Assembly: GCA_041747555.1 (NCBI GenBank)
Contig: JBGTEY010000013.1
Coordinates: forward strand, 80,814 to 144,813
From: Patescibacteria group bacterium
Lineage (GTDB): Bacteria; Patescibacteriota; Microgenomatia; UBA1400; PJMF01
Direction: 5' to 3'
DNA: 64,000 bases
Shown here: positions 19,331-28,192 of the stretch, piece after piece
How positions within the stretch are numbered: the stretch's first letter is position 1
Layout: every line of letters starts with the position of its first letter
The notes under the pieces: generated by a model
Database searches by the model: none
Told to the model about the DNA's origin: nothing
The model's input: the letters and a program-made list of their open reading frames with translations, nothing else
Made by a program: the position numbers and the translations under genes

Positions 19331-20273
19331 TATTAATTTCTACGGAATCAACTGCACCCTCACATCAGAAAATGAGCAGTTTGCTTCAATTTTTAATCAA
19401 AAATTTAGTGGATTTAAAGAGGGCGCCACCTATGCATTTGATACACAGTCTCTGGAGATTTTATTTCAGCATAGTCGAGCAGAATATCCGACTCCTACCA
19501 AAGTAAGTAGTCACACCTGGAGGGGTGACGGTATTCTAAAAATTCGGCATAATTATCTCTCATCCTCATGTGACGTGTACTTTTTTTACAATACTTCTCA
19601 CCAGCTCACAAAAATTCTGTTGTGCTACAGTGAATCCATAATCTTTAAACTGCTTAATGCTGCAATTGGTAGTAAGCTGCGAAGACAACTATTCCAAATC
19701 CTACTTAAACTTTATATTGAGCAATCCATTCTTTGGCAGCTCTGTTCGCAACATGATATGCGATGCTTGCACGCCGCTGCAATCGAAGAGAAGGGCGCAG
19801 TGCAAATCCTGGCTGGAATGAATGGAGTAGGAAAAAGTACTAAAGCATTGCAGTTAACACAAGTGAACAAATCGCGACTATATGCAGACAATTATCTACT
19901 AGTGAACAAAACACACGCCTATTTCTCTCCTGATTCAGTGAGACTTGATTCTAAAAGTATCAAACTGTTGCAATTGAATGCCGAAGGAGACTTTGGCTTT
20001 GGTAAAAAAACCGTTGCCATACCGTCCGAAGTTTTTTCTAAGATCCTGAGAGCACCGATTAAGCATATTTCTCGCATCACACTTGCAGAACATGAATCCA
20101 AGAAGAAATCTTCAAAGCAATCAGTGGTTCAAAAAATTTTAATAGATCAACTTATTCACCAAGAAGAAATCCTCGTTGCCCCTGTATCGCAAATTGGAGA
20201 GAAGTTTGATATAACTACTACGTTGTATCCAGATTGCGAGTATTTTGACTGGGAAATCGAACGAACTTCATGA
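19314..20273 (+). CDS. HPr-kinase C-terminal-domain-like P-loop kinase (HprK-related), function unknown
   Basis: 'LHAAAIEEKGAVQILAGMNGVGKSTKALQLTQ...RLYADNYLLV' aligns to the HprK Walker A region 'GVLITGDSGVGKSETALEL...LVADDRV'. Confidence 0.55.
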   Translation: MKKSHSINFYGINCTLTSENEQFASIFNQKFSGFKEGATYAFDTQSLEILFQHSRAEYPTPTKVSSHTWRGDGILKIRHNYLSSSCDVYFFYNTSHQLTKILLCYSESIIFKLLNAAIGSKLRRQLFQILLKLYIEQSILWQLCSQHDMRCLHAAAIEEKGAVQILAGMNGVGKSTKALQLTQVNKSRLYADNYLLVNKTHAYFSPDSVRLDSKSIKLLQLNAEGDFGFGKKTVAIPSEVFSKILRAPIKHISRITLAEHESKKKSSKQSVVQKILIDQLIHQEEILVAPVSQIGEKFDITTTLYPDCEYFDWEIERTS

Positions 20274-21337
20274 AAAAAATCTACAATGTTCCGTTTGCAC
20301 AAATTGCCCTTCATTCAGCCCCAGCTCGGGTAGAGAAGTTTTTCTCATCCTTACTATTCTCGCTCCCCAAACCTAGTGACATTCGTTTTTCTGTTGATCT
20401 TTTTTTTGAAAAAATCACTGACAATGCTTCCTCAGGCAAACTTGAGAAAAGGAGTGCCCGAGTAGGGAATGATTTCTACATTTTGGATACCAAACAAAAT
20501 CGAGCAAAAATTAACTTTCATGAGTTTTCTGATAAAAAAATCAAGCTATCTGTTGATCCAAATTTTGACCTCTACTATCTATACACATTTGTTGTCGAGC
20601 CACTTCTAGTAATTTGGTCCGCAAGTCACGATGTTGCTTACCTCCACGCTAGCGCAACTGAACAAAACGGTGAAGCAACAGTATTTTGTGCCTGGAGAAA
20701 CACAGGAAAAACCAACCAAATCCTCAAGCGATGTCAAGAGGGTCATAACTTTATGGGCGACGACTACTGCATAGTGTCTGAAAAAAATGTGTATCTCTAT
20801 CCCAAAACTATCAACGTTTTCTCATACAACCTGAAAGCATTTCCAGCAATTTTTTCTACACTACCAATGGCAACTGCACTGCGACTTAAAATAACTATGG
20901 CACTTAAATCTTCACTCCACTCACTTTCGCAGATTACCACTGGTGGTCTTGCAAAAATATTGTATCGGATTTCAGAGCTCGCCGAAATTTCTACAAATAT
21001 AAAGCTCACACCAAGCATGCTACACTCGAGCGTAACGTGCTCAGCTCAGTTAAAATCGATGTCCATTCTCCTCAAAACCGACAGTAGTGACAAGGAGTCC
21101 AGCGCACTATCTAAATCAGAAGCAGTCCAAAAGTTAAGAACAATTCAGTTGTATGAGCTCAAAGACTTTTTCGAAATTTTTGCTCAGTATCAATTTTTAT
21201 TTTCAAGCCATACTGAGTCAGTAGCTCAGATTATTAATTTTTCTAAGCAATACGCATCTGCTTTAAGTAAAAACGTATCTTCTGTAACTCTGTCACCAGT
21301 GTTTTCAAAAAAAATAATTGATCGGAACAATATATGA
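20270..21337 (+). CDS. HprK-C-like kinase paralog with a divergent Walker A
   Basis: Colinear with the previous ORF: 'LHASATEQNGEATVFCAWRNTGKTNQIL...FMGDDYCIV' against LHAAAIEEKG/GMNGVGKST/YADNYLLV. The P-loop first Gly is replaced (AWRNTGKT). Confidence 0.5.
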   Translation: MKKIYNVPFAQIALHSAPARVEKFFSSLLFSLPKPSDIRFSVDLFFEKITDNASSGKLEKRSARVGNDFYILDTKQNRAKINFHEFSDKKIKLSVDPNFDLYYLYTFVVEPLLVIWSASHDVAYLHASATEQNGEATVFCAWRNTGKTNQILKRCQEGHNFMGDDYCIVSEKNVYLYPKTINVFSYNLKAFPAIFSTLPMATALRLKITMALKSSLHSLSQITTGGLAKILYRISELAEISTNIKLTPSMLHSSVTCSAQLKSMSILLKTDSSDKESSALSKSEAVQKLRTIQLYELKDFFEIFAQYQFLFSSHTESVAQIINFSKQYASALSKNVSSVTLSPVFSKKIIDRNNI

Positions 21338-22404
21338 TTGCAATCCTCACGGGAACTCGGCCAGAAATAATCAAAATCGCACCTGTCTTGCGAGAATTAC
21401 GGAAAAGAAACATTCCTCACATTTTCATTCACTCGAACCAACATTACTCTAAAGAGATGGATGCAACAATCATAAAAGATCTCAATCTCCCCACTCCAGA
21501 CTATAATTTTGGCGTCGGATCTGGATCGCACGCTGTTCAGACGGGCAAAATTATGGAACACGTTGAGACACTCTGCAATGAAGTCAAACCACAAATTCTC
21601 GTCGTTCATGGTGACACAAATACCACACTCGCGGGTGCGCTCGCAGCCAAAAAAGTTCACACGCCTGTGGCACATATAGAAGCCGGTCTCAGAAGCTTTG
21701 ACTATCGAATGCCCGAAGAAATCAATAGAACCATTGTCGATAGGATAAGTGACGTACTTCTCGCACCTACCAAACAAGCCAAAGCAAATCTTAAAAAAGA
21801 AGGAATCACCGGTAAAAAAGTAGTAGTAACCGGTAACACTGTTGTTGACGCACTTAGACAGCATGTTGCTCTAACAAAAAAGTCAAATATCCTGAATAAA
21901 AACAATTTAGAGGAAAATAAGTATATTCTAGTGACCGCACACCGTGCAGAAAATGTCGACACCAAGCCTGCTCTCGAAAAACTAGTTGCGCTCCTCAATC
22001 ACGCGCAAAATAAAACTAATCTCCCGATCTATTGGCCGCTTCACCCAAGAACAAAACAACGCCTCGAAGAGTTTAATATCAAACTTTCAAAGAAAATAAC
22101 TACCAGTAAACCAATTGGGTACATTGACATGCTAACAGTACTCAATAATGCAAATGTAGTTCTCACTGATTCAGGCGGCATCCAAGAAGAAGCCTTTATA
22201 CTCAAAAAACCACTGATCACTTTACGCGACTCAACGGAACGCCCAGAAACTCTCACCGCAAACTTTGTCGTGCACACCAGCAAGAAAAAATTTGATGAAG
22301 CACTTAAAGCATATGGTGATGAAGCAGTAGAGTGGACGGACGCGCTTGGTGATGGTCTGGCAAGCACTCGCATTGTAGACGCACTTTTGAAATTTATTAC
22401 CTGA
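21334..22404 (+). CDS. wecB: UDP-N-acetylglucosamine 2-epimerase (non-hydrolysing)
   Basis: 'MIAILTGTRPEIIKIAPV', 'VVHGDTNTTLAGALAA' and 'HIEAGLRS' are hallmark WecB/MnaA motifs. Confidence 0.9.
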   Translation: MIAILTGTRPEIIKIAPVLRELRKRNIPHIFIHSNQHYSKEMDATIIKDLNLPTPDYNFGVGSGSHAVQTGKIMEHVETLCNEVKPQILVVHGDTNTTLAGALAAKKVHTPVAHIEAGLRSFDYRMPEEINRTIVDRISDVLLAPTKQAKANLKKEGITGKKVVVTGNTVVDALRQHVALTKKSNILNKNNLEENKYILVTAHRAENVDTKPALEKLVALLNHAQNKTNLPIYWPLHPRTKQRLEEFNIKLSKKITTSKPIGYIDMLTVLNNANVVLTDSGGIQEEAFILKKPLITLRDSTERPETLTANFVVHTSKKKFDEALKAYGDEAVEWTDALGDGLASTRIVDALLKFIT

Positions 22405-22414
22405 GGAACTGTAC

Positions 22415-23656
22415 ATGACTGCTCAATCAAATCGCACACAAGTTATTGGCCTCGGTTACATCGGGCTACCCACCGCACTCCTCTTGGCGGATACGGGACT
22501 TGAAGTAATTGGAGTTGATGTCGATCAGAATAAGATTAACGCCTTAAAAGCAAACAAATTATACTTCAATGAACCTGGACTAGAAAAGCTTTATACAAAG
22601 GCGCAAGATAAAAAGTTCTCTGCTGGGAGTACAGTGCAGCCCTCAGACACCTTTGTGATCGCCGTCCCCACACCTCAGAATGCGGGCACAGCAGACCTAA
22701 CATATGTCATAAGTGCTCTCAGATCGATTGAACCAGTTTTTCAACCAGGTAACTTGATTGTTATTGAATCCACCGTAGGTCCCAGAGATTGTGTCGATCA
22801 CATACTCCCACTGATAAAAAAATGGAACAAACCATTTTTATTCTCCCATTGTCCTGAACGAGCAATACCAGGGAATACACTCCACGAAATGGTCCATAAT
22901 GACCGCATAATCGGCGGAATTGATGAAGAGAGCAGGCAAGTTACCAAAGCTTTGTATGCATCATTTGTAAAAGGAAACATCTATCTCACCGACCCAACAA
23001 CCGCCGCCGCATGCAAAGTTATGGAAAACACCTATCGTAGTGTCAATATTGCACTCGCCAACGAATTCGCAAAATTAGCAGAAAGACTTGATTTTAATTG
23101 CTGGGAAGCGATCGAACTTGCCAATAAGCACCCAAGAGTTCAAATTCACAGTCCTGGGCCGGGAGTTGGTGGTCACTGTATTCCGATCGATCCATGGTTT
23201 TTTGTTCGGGAGCAGCGTTCTGAAGAAAGTCTAATACGTCACGCGCTAGAAATTAATACTAAAATGGCGAATCATGTTGTGGAGGCAGTTTCTGAAGCGA
23301 TCAAGTTGCTTGCTATTTCTAATCCAACAATCGGAATTCTAGGAGTTGCGTACAAAAAAAATGTTGACGATGCGCGCGAAACACCAGCCGCAAGGATTGC
23401 TGAGTTATTTTCTGAAAAATTCCAAGTACTCATGACCGATGAGCACGTCAAACAAGATGATCTTAAATCGCTCGAGCAAGTACTTTCAACGTGTAGCGTA
23501 ATTGTGCTGGTGACAGATCACGACCAATATGCTGAAATAAACTTTTCAGAGTATCCAAATATTAAACTCGTCTATGACACCAGAAACTGCATTTCAGCAA
23601 ACGCGTTTGACAACTCATCCGCAGTCCACTTGACCATCGGAAAGAAATCTTCATGA
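22415..23656 (+). CDS. wecC: UDP-N-acetyl-D-mannosamine dehydrogenase (UDP-glucose/GDP-mannose dehydrogenase family)
   Basis: 'QVIGLGYIGLPTALLLA', 'VIGGI', 'NKHPRV' and 'PGPGVGGHCIPIDPWF' match WecC closely, and the gene follows wecB immediately. Confidence 0.85.
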   Translation: MTAQSNRTQVIGLGYIGLPTALLLADTGLEVIGVDVDQNKINALKANKLYFNEPGLEKLYTKAQDKKFSAGSTVQPSDTFVIAVPTPQNAGTADLTYVISALRSIEPVFQPGNLIVIESTVGPRDCVDHILPLIKKWNKPFLFSHCPERAIPGNTLHEMVHNDRIIGGIDEESRQVTKALYASFVKGNIYLTDPTTAAACKVMENTYRSVNIALANEFAKLAERLDFNCWEAIELANKHPRVQIHSPGPGVGGHCIPIDPWFFVREQRSEESLIRHALEINTKMANHVVEAVSEAIKLLAISNPTIGILGVAYKKNVDDARETPAARIAELFSEKFQVLMTDEHVKQDDLKSLEQVLSTCSVIVLVTDHDQYAEINFSEYPNIKLVYDTRNCISANAFDNSSAVHLTIGKKSS

Positions 23657-24816
23657 ACATCCTCATCGTCTCAGATTATTTTCAACCAAAAATTGGGTAT
23701 GCAAAACCTCAAGTAGCTAAGGCATTGCAAACGGCGGGACACACAGTTGAAGTACTTACATCAGAACGCTACTTTCCATTTCATAATTACGAAAATAGCG
23801 TACAAAAAACAATTGGTAAAAGAATTCGCTCCGTTGGGACAAAGATGGAAAATGGAATCAAAGTAACGCGAAAAAAAACAATTTTTGAATACTTCACGAG
23901 AACCTATTTTGAAGACTTAGAGTCTGAATTAGTAAAACGAAAACCTGATTTGGTAATTGTGTTTGGCATGAGTTCTCCAAGCATGGTGCGGGTTGCACGA
24001 CTTAAGTATAAACATAAATTCAAGTTAACCGCTGTAGATAGTCATTTACCATCTGAACTGAGTCAAGGTAACGCATTTTTTAAGCAAATTTTTTACGGAG
24101 TCTTCAGATTACTATTTTCTAAAACTATCAGTCAATCACTCGACGTATGTGTAGCGCTACAAGACGATACAACCCAAGTTATTAGAGAGACGTTTGGTAT
24201 TAAAAAAAATGTTACCGTAGTTCCAAATGGTACAAATATCGAACAGTTTCAATACACCAAAACTGGTGCCGCCAAGGTTAAAAAGGACTTCCACATACCT
24301 AGAAACAAAACTATCATCATGTATTCAGGTAAAATAATCAAAGAAAAAGGAGTCCACTTACTTGCCGCGGCGTTTGCTAAGATAATAAGTAAAAATAAAA
24401 ACGTCCACTTACTCCTTGTTGGTGATGGCCCAAAAGAATACATCGATCAAGTTAAGAATACCCTAGAAAAGCATTCTGGTACGCTCACCATAACAGGCTT
24501 CCAACCTCACGAATCAATGCAAAATTTCTATTCAGCAGCTGATATTGCTGTATGGCCGCTCCAGGAATCTCTGGCTATGGTCGATGCTGCTGCGTGCTCT
24601 ATACCGTTCATTGCAAACGACACGCTTGGTGATAAAACAAGAATTAGCAACAATAATGCATTGTTATACAAAAAAGAAAATCTAAACGATTTAGTAGAAA
24701 AAATTACAAGATTAGTTACTGACCCAGAATTAAGGAAACAAATGGGAAAACGCGGCAGAACATTAGTAGAAAACACATTATCATGGAACGCATTATGCTT
24801 ACGATTTTTACCCTAA
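23653..24816 (+). CDS. Glycosyltransferase family 4 (candidate ManNAcA transferase by position; inference)
   Basis: GT4-like N-terminus 'MNILIVSDYFQPKIGY' and a C-terminal GT-B half; ATGA overlap with wecC. Confidence 0.65.
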   Translation: MNILIVSDYFQPKIGYAKPQVAKALQTAGHTVEVLTSERYFPFHNYENSVQKTIGKRIRSVGTKMENGIKVTRKKTIFEYFTRTYFEDLESELVKRKPDLVIVFGMSSPSMVRVARLKYKHKFKLTAVDSHLPSELSQGNAFFKQIFYGVFRLLFSKTISQSLDVCVALQDDTTQVIRETFGIKKNVTVVPNGTNIEQFQYTKTGAAKVKKDFHIPRNKTIIMYSGKIIKEKGVHLLAAAFAKIISKNKNVHLLLVGDGPKEYIDQVKNTLEKHSGTLTITGFQPHESMQNFYSAADIAVWPLQESLAMVDAAACSIPFIANDTLGDKTRISNNNALLYKKENLNDLVEKITRLVTDPELRKQMGKRGRTLVENTLSWNALCLRFLP

Positions 24817-25538
24817 AAGTTATTTCACAGCTACAGAGTAGACTTGAGAAAATGAGACATTATTTTCTCAGCAATAACTCGTCAATTGAGCTCTTTCCTT
24901 TGCTCAAAAATAATAGCTATCAATTTAAGCCAAACGGCGTGTATCTTCGTCGTTTTCAAGCACATGTGTCTGCTATCCCGGGTATGATCACCGATGTGGA
25001 GGCAAATGCTTTGCTTCAAATTTGTGCAACTCAAACCATGCGTGGCGATGTCGTTGAAATCGGTAGTTGGTTGGGCAAGTCCACGGTACATCTGGCTCAG
25101 GGGTGTTCGATCGCTGGTAACGGAATTGTGCATGCAGTTGACACATTCAAAGGCAACCCAGGAAAAGAGCATATGTACAAAGCACCCCTTGCAGATCACG
25201 AGACCATTTATAGTAGATTTAAACTGCACGTATCACGCGCAGGAGTCACAAAGCAGGTAAAAGTGCACAAAATGACATCCGAATCTGCAAAAAAACTAAT
25301 CAGAAAAAAACTCCGCCTCGTTTTCATTGATGGGTGCCACGAATATGAGCCAGCCTTGAAGGACATTCGCTGGTGGGGTAAAAAACTTCAGCCAGGCGGG
25401 TTGCTACTCCTTGATGACTTTACACATCAATTTCCCGGTGTAATTAAAGCAGTCCAAGAAGAAATAATAGAGAAACCAGACGACTTTACGGTGCTGTATC
25501 AATACGACTCACTTTTGGTAGTCAAAAAAAATGATTGA
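24783..25538 (+). CDS. Class I SAM-dependent O-methyltransferase, TylF/CmcI/Methyltransf_24-like
   Basis: 'VVEIGSWLGKST' is SAM-binding motif I of Methyltransf_24, and 'VFIDGCHEYE' matches the 'DGdHsYe' motif of TylF-type sugar O-methyltransferases. Alternative starts lie at 24795 and 24852. Confidence 0.6.
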   Translation: MERIMLTIFTLKVISQLQSRLEKMRHYFLSNNSSIELFPLLKNNSYQFKPNGVYLRRFQAHVSAIPGMITDVEANALLQICATQTMRGDVVEIGSWLGKSTVHLAQGCSIAGNGIVHAVDTFKGNPGKEHMYKAPLADHETIYSRFKLHVSRAGVTKQVKVHKMTSESAKKLIRKKLRLVFIDGCHEYEPALKDIRWWGKKLQPGGLLLLDDFTHQFPGVIKAVQEEIIEKPDDFTVLYQYDSLLVVKKND

Positions 25539-26616
25539 CAACACTGTCCCTATCACCAGAGCAGTTTCTTGGCTCAAACGCGCGCAAGACGCCACCCCTG
25601 ATGGTGGTGTATCTGCTTGGTTTTCACTAATTAACGGTTGGCAACCCTCATACATTGAAACAACGGGTTACATTATCAATACGTTTTTTGCATGTAGCGA
25701 ACGACTTGAAGATCCCGATCTCTATGAGCGAGCAGTTCGAATGACAGATTTTCTCGTAGAAATGCAACACAAAAATGGCGGATATCGTGCCTATGGACCA
25801 GATCAGGGAGATTCTGAACGGGTCGTAGTCTTTAACACAGGTCAAGATTTACTGGGTATGTGCAAGGCATATGAAAAAACTGGTGACGAAAAGTATCGTG
25901 ACTCAGCGCACAAAGCTGCAAAATTCTTAGCAAGTATTCAAGAAAAAAATGGTTCATGGATCTCGCACACTTTTGGAAACAAACCGCACACCTACCATAC
26001 TCGAGTAGCTTGGGGGATGCTTAAGGTCGCAGAGATTACCTCAGAACATTCTATTAAAAAAGCAGCAGAAAAAACTCTTGAGTGGGCCTCTAAACAACAG
26101 CATCAGAATGGATGGTTTGCTCAAAATGAACTTGAACACCCCAAGGTCAGAGAGCCCTTTACCCACACTATTTCATATGCCATTGAAGGATTTTTGTGGT
26201 CAGGGATTTTGCTTAATCGCCCTGATTTAATTACGGTGGCATTGCGAGGCGCAACCCCATTACTTAATTATTATCTTGAACACAACAAACTACCCGCAAC
26301 TTTTAATAAACATTGGCAAACCAATGATCGCTATGAATGCTTGACGGGAAATGCACAAATTTCTTTGATGTGGCTCAAACTTTACCAGCTCACGGGTGAT
26401 TGGCGTTTTAGAACAGGTGGAGTGAAAATGAATACTCAACTTAGAAATGTACAATCCAAAAGCATTTTAACCTCAATTGATGGTGCCATTGCCGGAAGCG
26501 CACCAATCTGGGGAGATATAGCAAGAAATGTCGGCTACTGCAGATTGGCATACCCAAATTGGGCAGTCAAGTTTTATATAGATGCGCTACTAGAGGAGGG
26601 GTATGTTAGTTATTAA
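25531..26616 (+). CDS. (alpha/alpha)6-toroid repeat protein, prenyltransferase/squalene-oxidase-repeat-like
   Basis: Repeated 'Q-x-x-NG-[GSW]' units (MQHKNGGY, IQEKNGSW, QQHQNGWF) spaced about 45-60 aa apart, like the QW/terpenoid-cyclase-type repeats. I found no recognisable catalytic motif. Confidence 0.4.
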   Translation: MIDNTVPITRAVSWLKRAQDATPDGGVSAWFSLINGWQPSYIETTGYIINTFFACSERLEDPDLYERAVRMTDFLVEMQHKNGGYRAYGPDQGDSERVVVFNTGQDLLGMCKAYEKTGDEKYRDSAHKAAKFLASIQEKNGSWISHTFGNKPHTYHTRVAWGMLKVAEITSEHSIKKAAEKTLEWASKQQHQNGWFAQNELEHPKVREPFTHTISYAIEGFLWSGILLNRPDLITVALRGATPLLNYYLEHNKLPATFNKHWQTNDRYECLTGNAQISLMWLKLYQLTGDWRFRTGGVKMNTQLRNVQSKSILTSIDGAIAGSAPIWGDIARNVGYCRLAYPNWAVKFYIDALLEEGYVSY

Positions 26617-27478
26617 ACAACTCAAAAAATTACTGACACATTCAAACTGCAAAGATAAAAAAATTCTGACGATTCTCAAAGTAATACTGTGGAAATTCAA
26701 TCAACTCACCTTTAAAAAACCAATAATTTCACCATTTTCTGACAGTACCAAACTTGTCTGTTATCCGGATAGTTCGTATGGTGGCTATGTTTTTTTTGCT
26801 CGATATCCAGAAGTTGAAGAAATGGATTTTATAAAAAGCATTGTGAGCGATTCTGACACGATTATCGACGTTGGAGCAAACATTGGGGCAATTACCGTAC
26901 TTGCAGCATCAAAGGCTCTAAAGGGCCACGTCCACGCCTTTGAACCCACACCAGAGCTCATTCCCAGGATTCATGAAAATGTAGCCCTCAACAACCTCTC
27001 TGAGCGGGTCACAATCAACCAGCTTGCCGTTGGCGACGAAAACGGCACAATTCAATTCACACAGGGATCGCATTCTGAAGTAAATAAAATTTATAAAAGA
27101 GAATCTGGTGACAATACCAAGACTTTAGATGTACGAAGCATTACGCTCGACACGTATGCTAAAAATACCAAAATACGCCATATTCATCTTCTAAAAGTCG
27201 ATGTTGAGGGCGCTGAACTGTTGGTCTTTAGGGGCGCAAAATCTATTCTAAGAAGCACAGATGTTATTGTGTTTGAAGTAAATAAAAACTGCACACAATT
27301 TGGGTATACAGCTGATGAACTCGTTGATCACATTCGCACCAAAGGTTTCTTTGTATTCGCACTCACCTCAGTCAAACTCGTCCTTATCAATCAGCTCGGG
27401 TCAATCAATCAAACAATCAATTTAGTTGCAGTCAAAAAAACACCACAAGCAGTTTCAAAGATTACGCACTACCTCTAA
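26603..27478 (+). CDS. FkbM-family SAM-dependent methyltransferase
   Basis: 'IIDVGANIGAITVLAA' and 'AFEPTPELIPRIHENVALNNL...LAVGDENGTIQF' are typical of the FkbM domain. Confidence 0.7.
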   Translation: MLVIKQLKKLLTHSNCKDKKILTILKVILWKFNQLTFKKPIISPFSDSTKLVCYPDSSYGGYVFFARYPEVEEMDFIKSIVSDSDTIIDVGANIGAITVLAASKALKGHVHAFEPTPELIPRIHENVALNNLSERVTINQLAVGDENGTIQFTQGSHSEVNKIYKRESGDNTKTLDVRSITLDTYAKNTKIRHIHLLKVDVEGAELLVFRGAKSILRSTDVIVFEVNKNCTQFGYTADELVDHIRTKGFFVFALTSVKLVLINQLGSINQTINLVAVKKTPQAVSKITHYL

Positions 27479-27482
27479 AACC

Positions 27483-28190
27483 ATGTCTGTCACACATCAA
27501 AAAATAGCGCAGCTACTCATACCACTCTTTGTGAATAATCCAAAAATATCGTTGATCGATTATGGATGTGGAGATGGTGAATTACTCAGGTATATTTCAC
27601 CAAAAAAAATTCTCAAATACCAAGGATTTGATATCAGTCAAAAAGCTATACATGTTGCCAAAAAAAAACATCCAGAAAAATTTGCTTCATTTCAAAAAAT
27701 TGAACCCAACACGCTCGTGAGGTTTGGTAAAAAGAACTCAAATCATGCGGTCGCACTGATCGGAGTGGCGCAGTACTTATCTGATCAGGAATTGGCCGGA
27801 GTATTACGAGAAGCGCATAAGACCTTAACCACAGACGGCAGGTTGGTCATTAGTTGTTCAGTTGATCACACCATTTATAGGATATGTAATATGTATCGTT
27901 TTTTTATACCTCATCAGTATGTTCAGAGAAGTGAAATTATAGATACAATAAAACAATCTGGTTTTAGAATTTCACACGCTTCAGAGCGTGGTCTCATATT
28001 TGCCCCGTTGTTTTCTAATGTGCTGTCACTCTTTTTTGATGGTATTGATCAAGTATTTTTAAGAACCAAAGGCGAAATTGGTCCCGTCGGTAGAGCTGTT
28101 CGATCACTGGTAGCGCCGATAATTGCAATCGAACATAAGCTCAATATAGATTTTGGCTATACGCTGTATTTAGTTGCCGAAAAAAAATAA
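27483..28190 (+). CDS. Class I SAM-dependent methyltransferase
   Basis: 'LIDYGCGDGELLRY' is motif I (GxGxG). I chose the ATG at 27483 (MSVTHQK) instead of the track start 27426. The gene converges on the minus-strand flippase with only a 2-nt gap. Confidence 0.6.
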   Translation: MSVTHQKIAQLLIPLFVNNPKISLIDYGCGDGELLRYISPKKILKYQGFDISQKAIHVAKKKHPEKFASFQKIEPNTLVRFGKKNSNHAVALIGVAQYLSDQELAGVLREAHKTLTTDGRLVISCSVDHTIYRICNMYRFFIPHQYVQRSEIIDTIKQSGFRISHASERGLIFAPLFSNVLSLFFDGIDQVFLRTKGEIGPVGRAVRSLVAPIIAIEHKLNIDFGYTLYLVAEKK

Positions 28191-28192
28191 TG

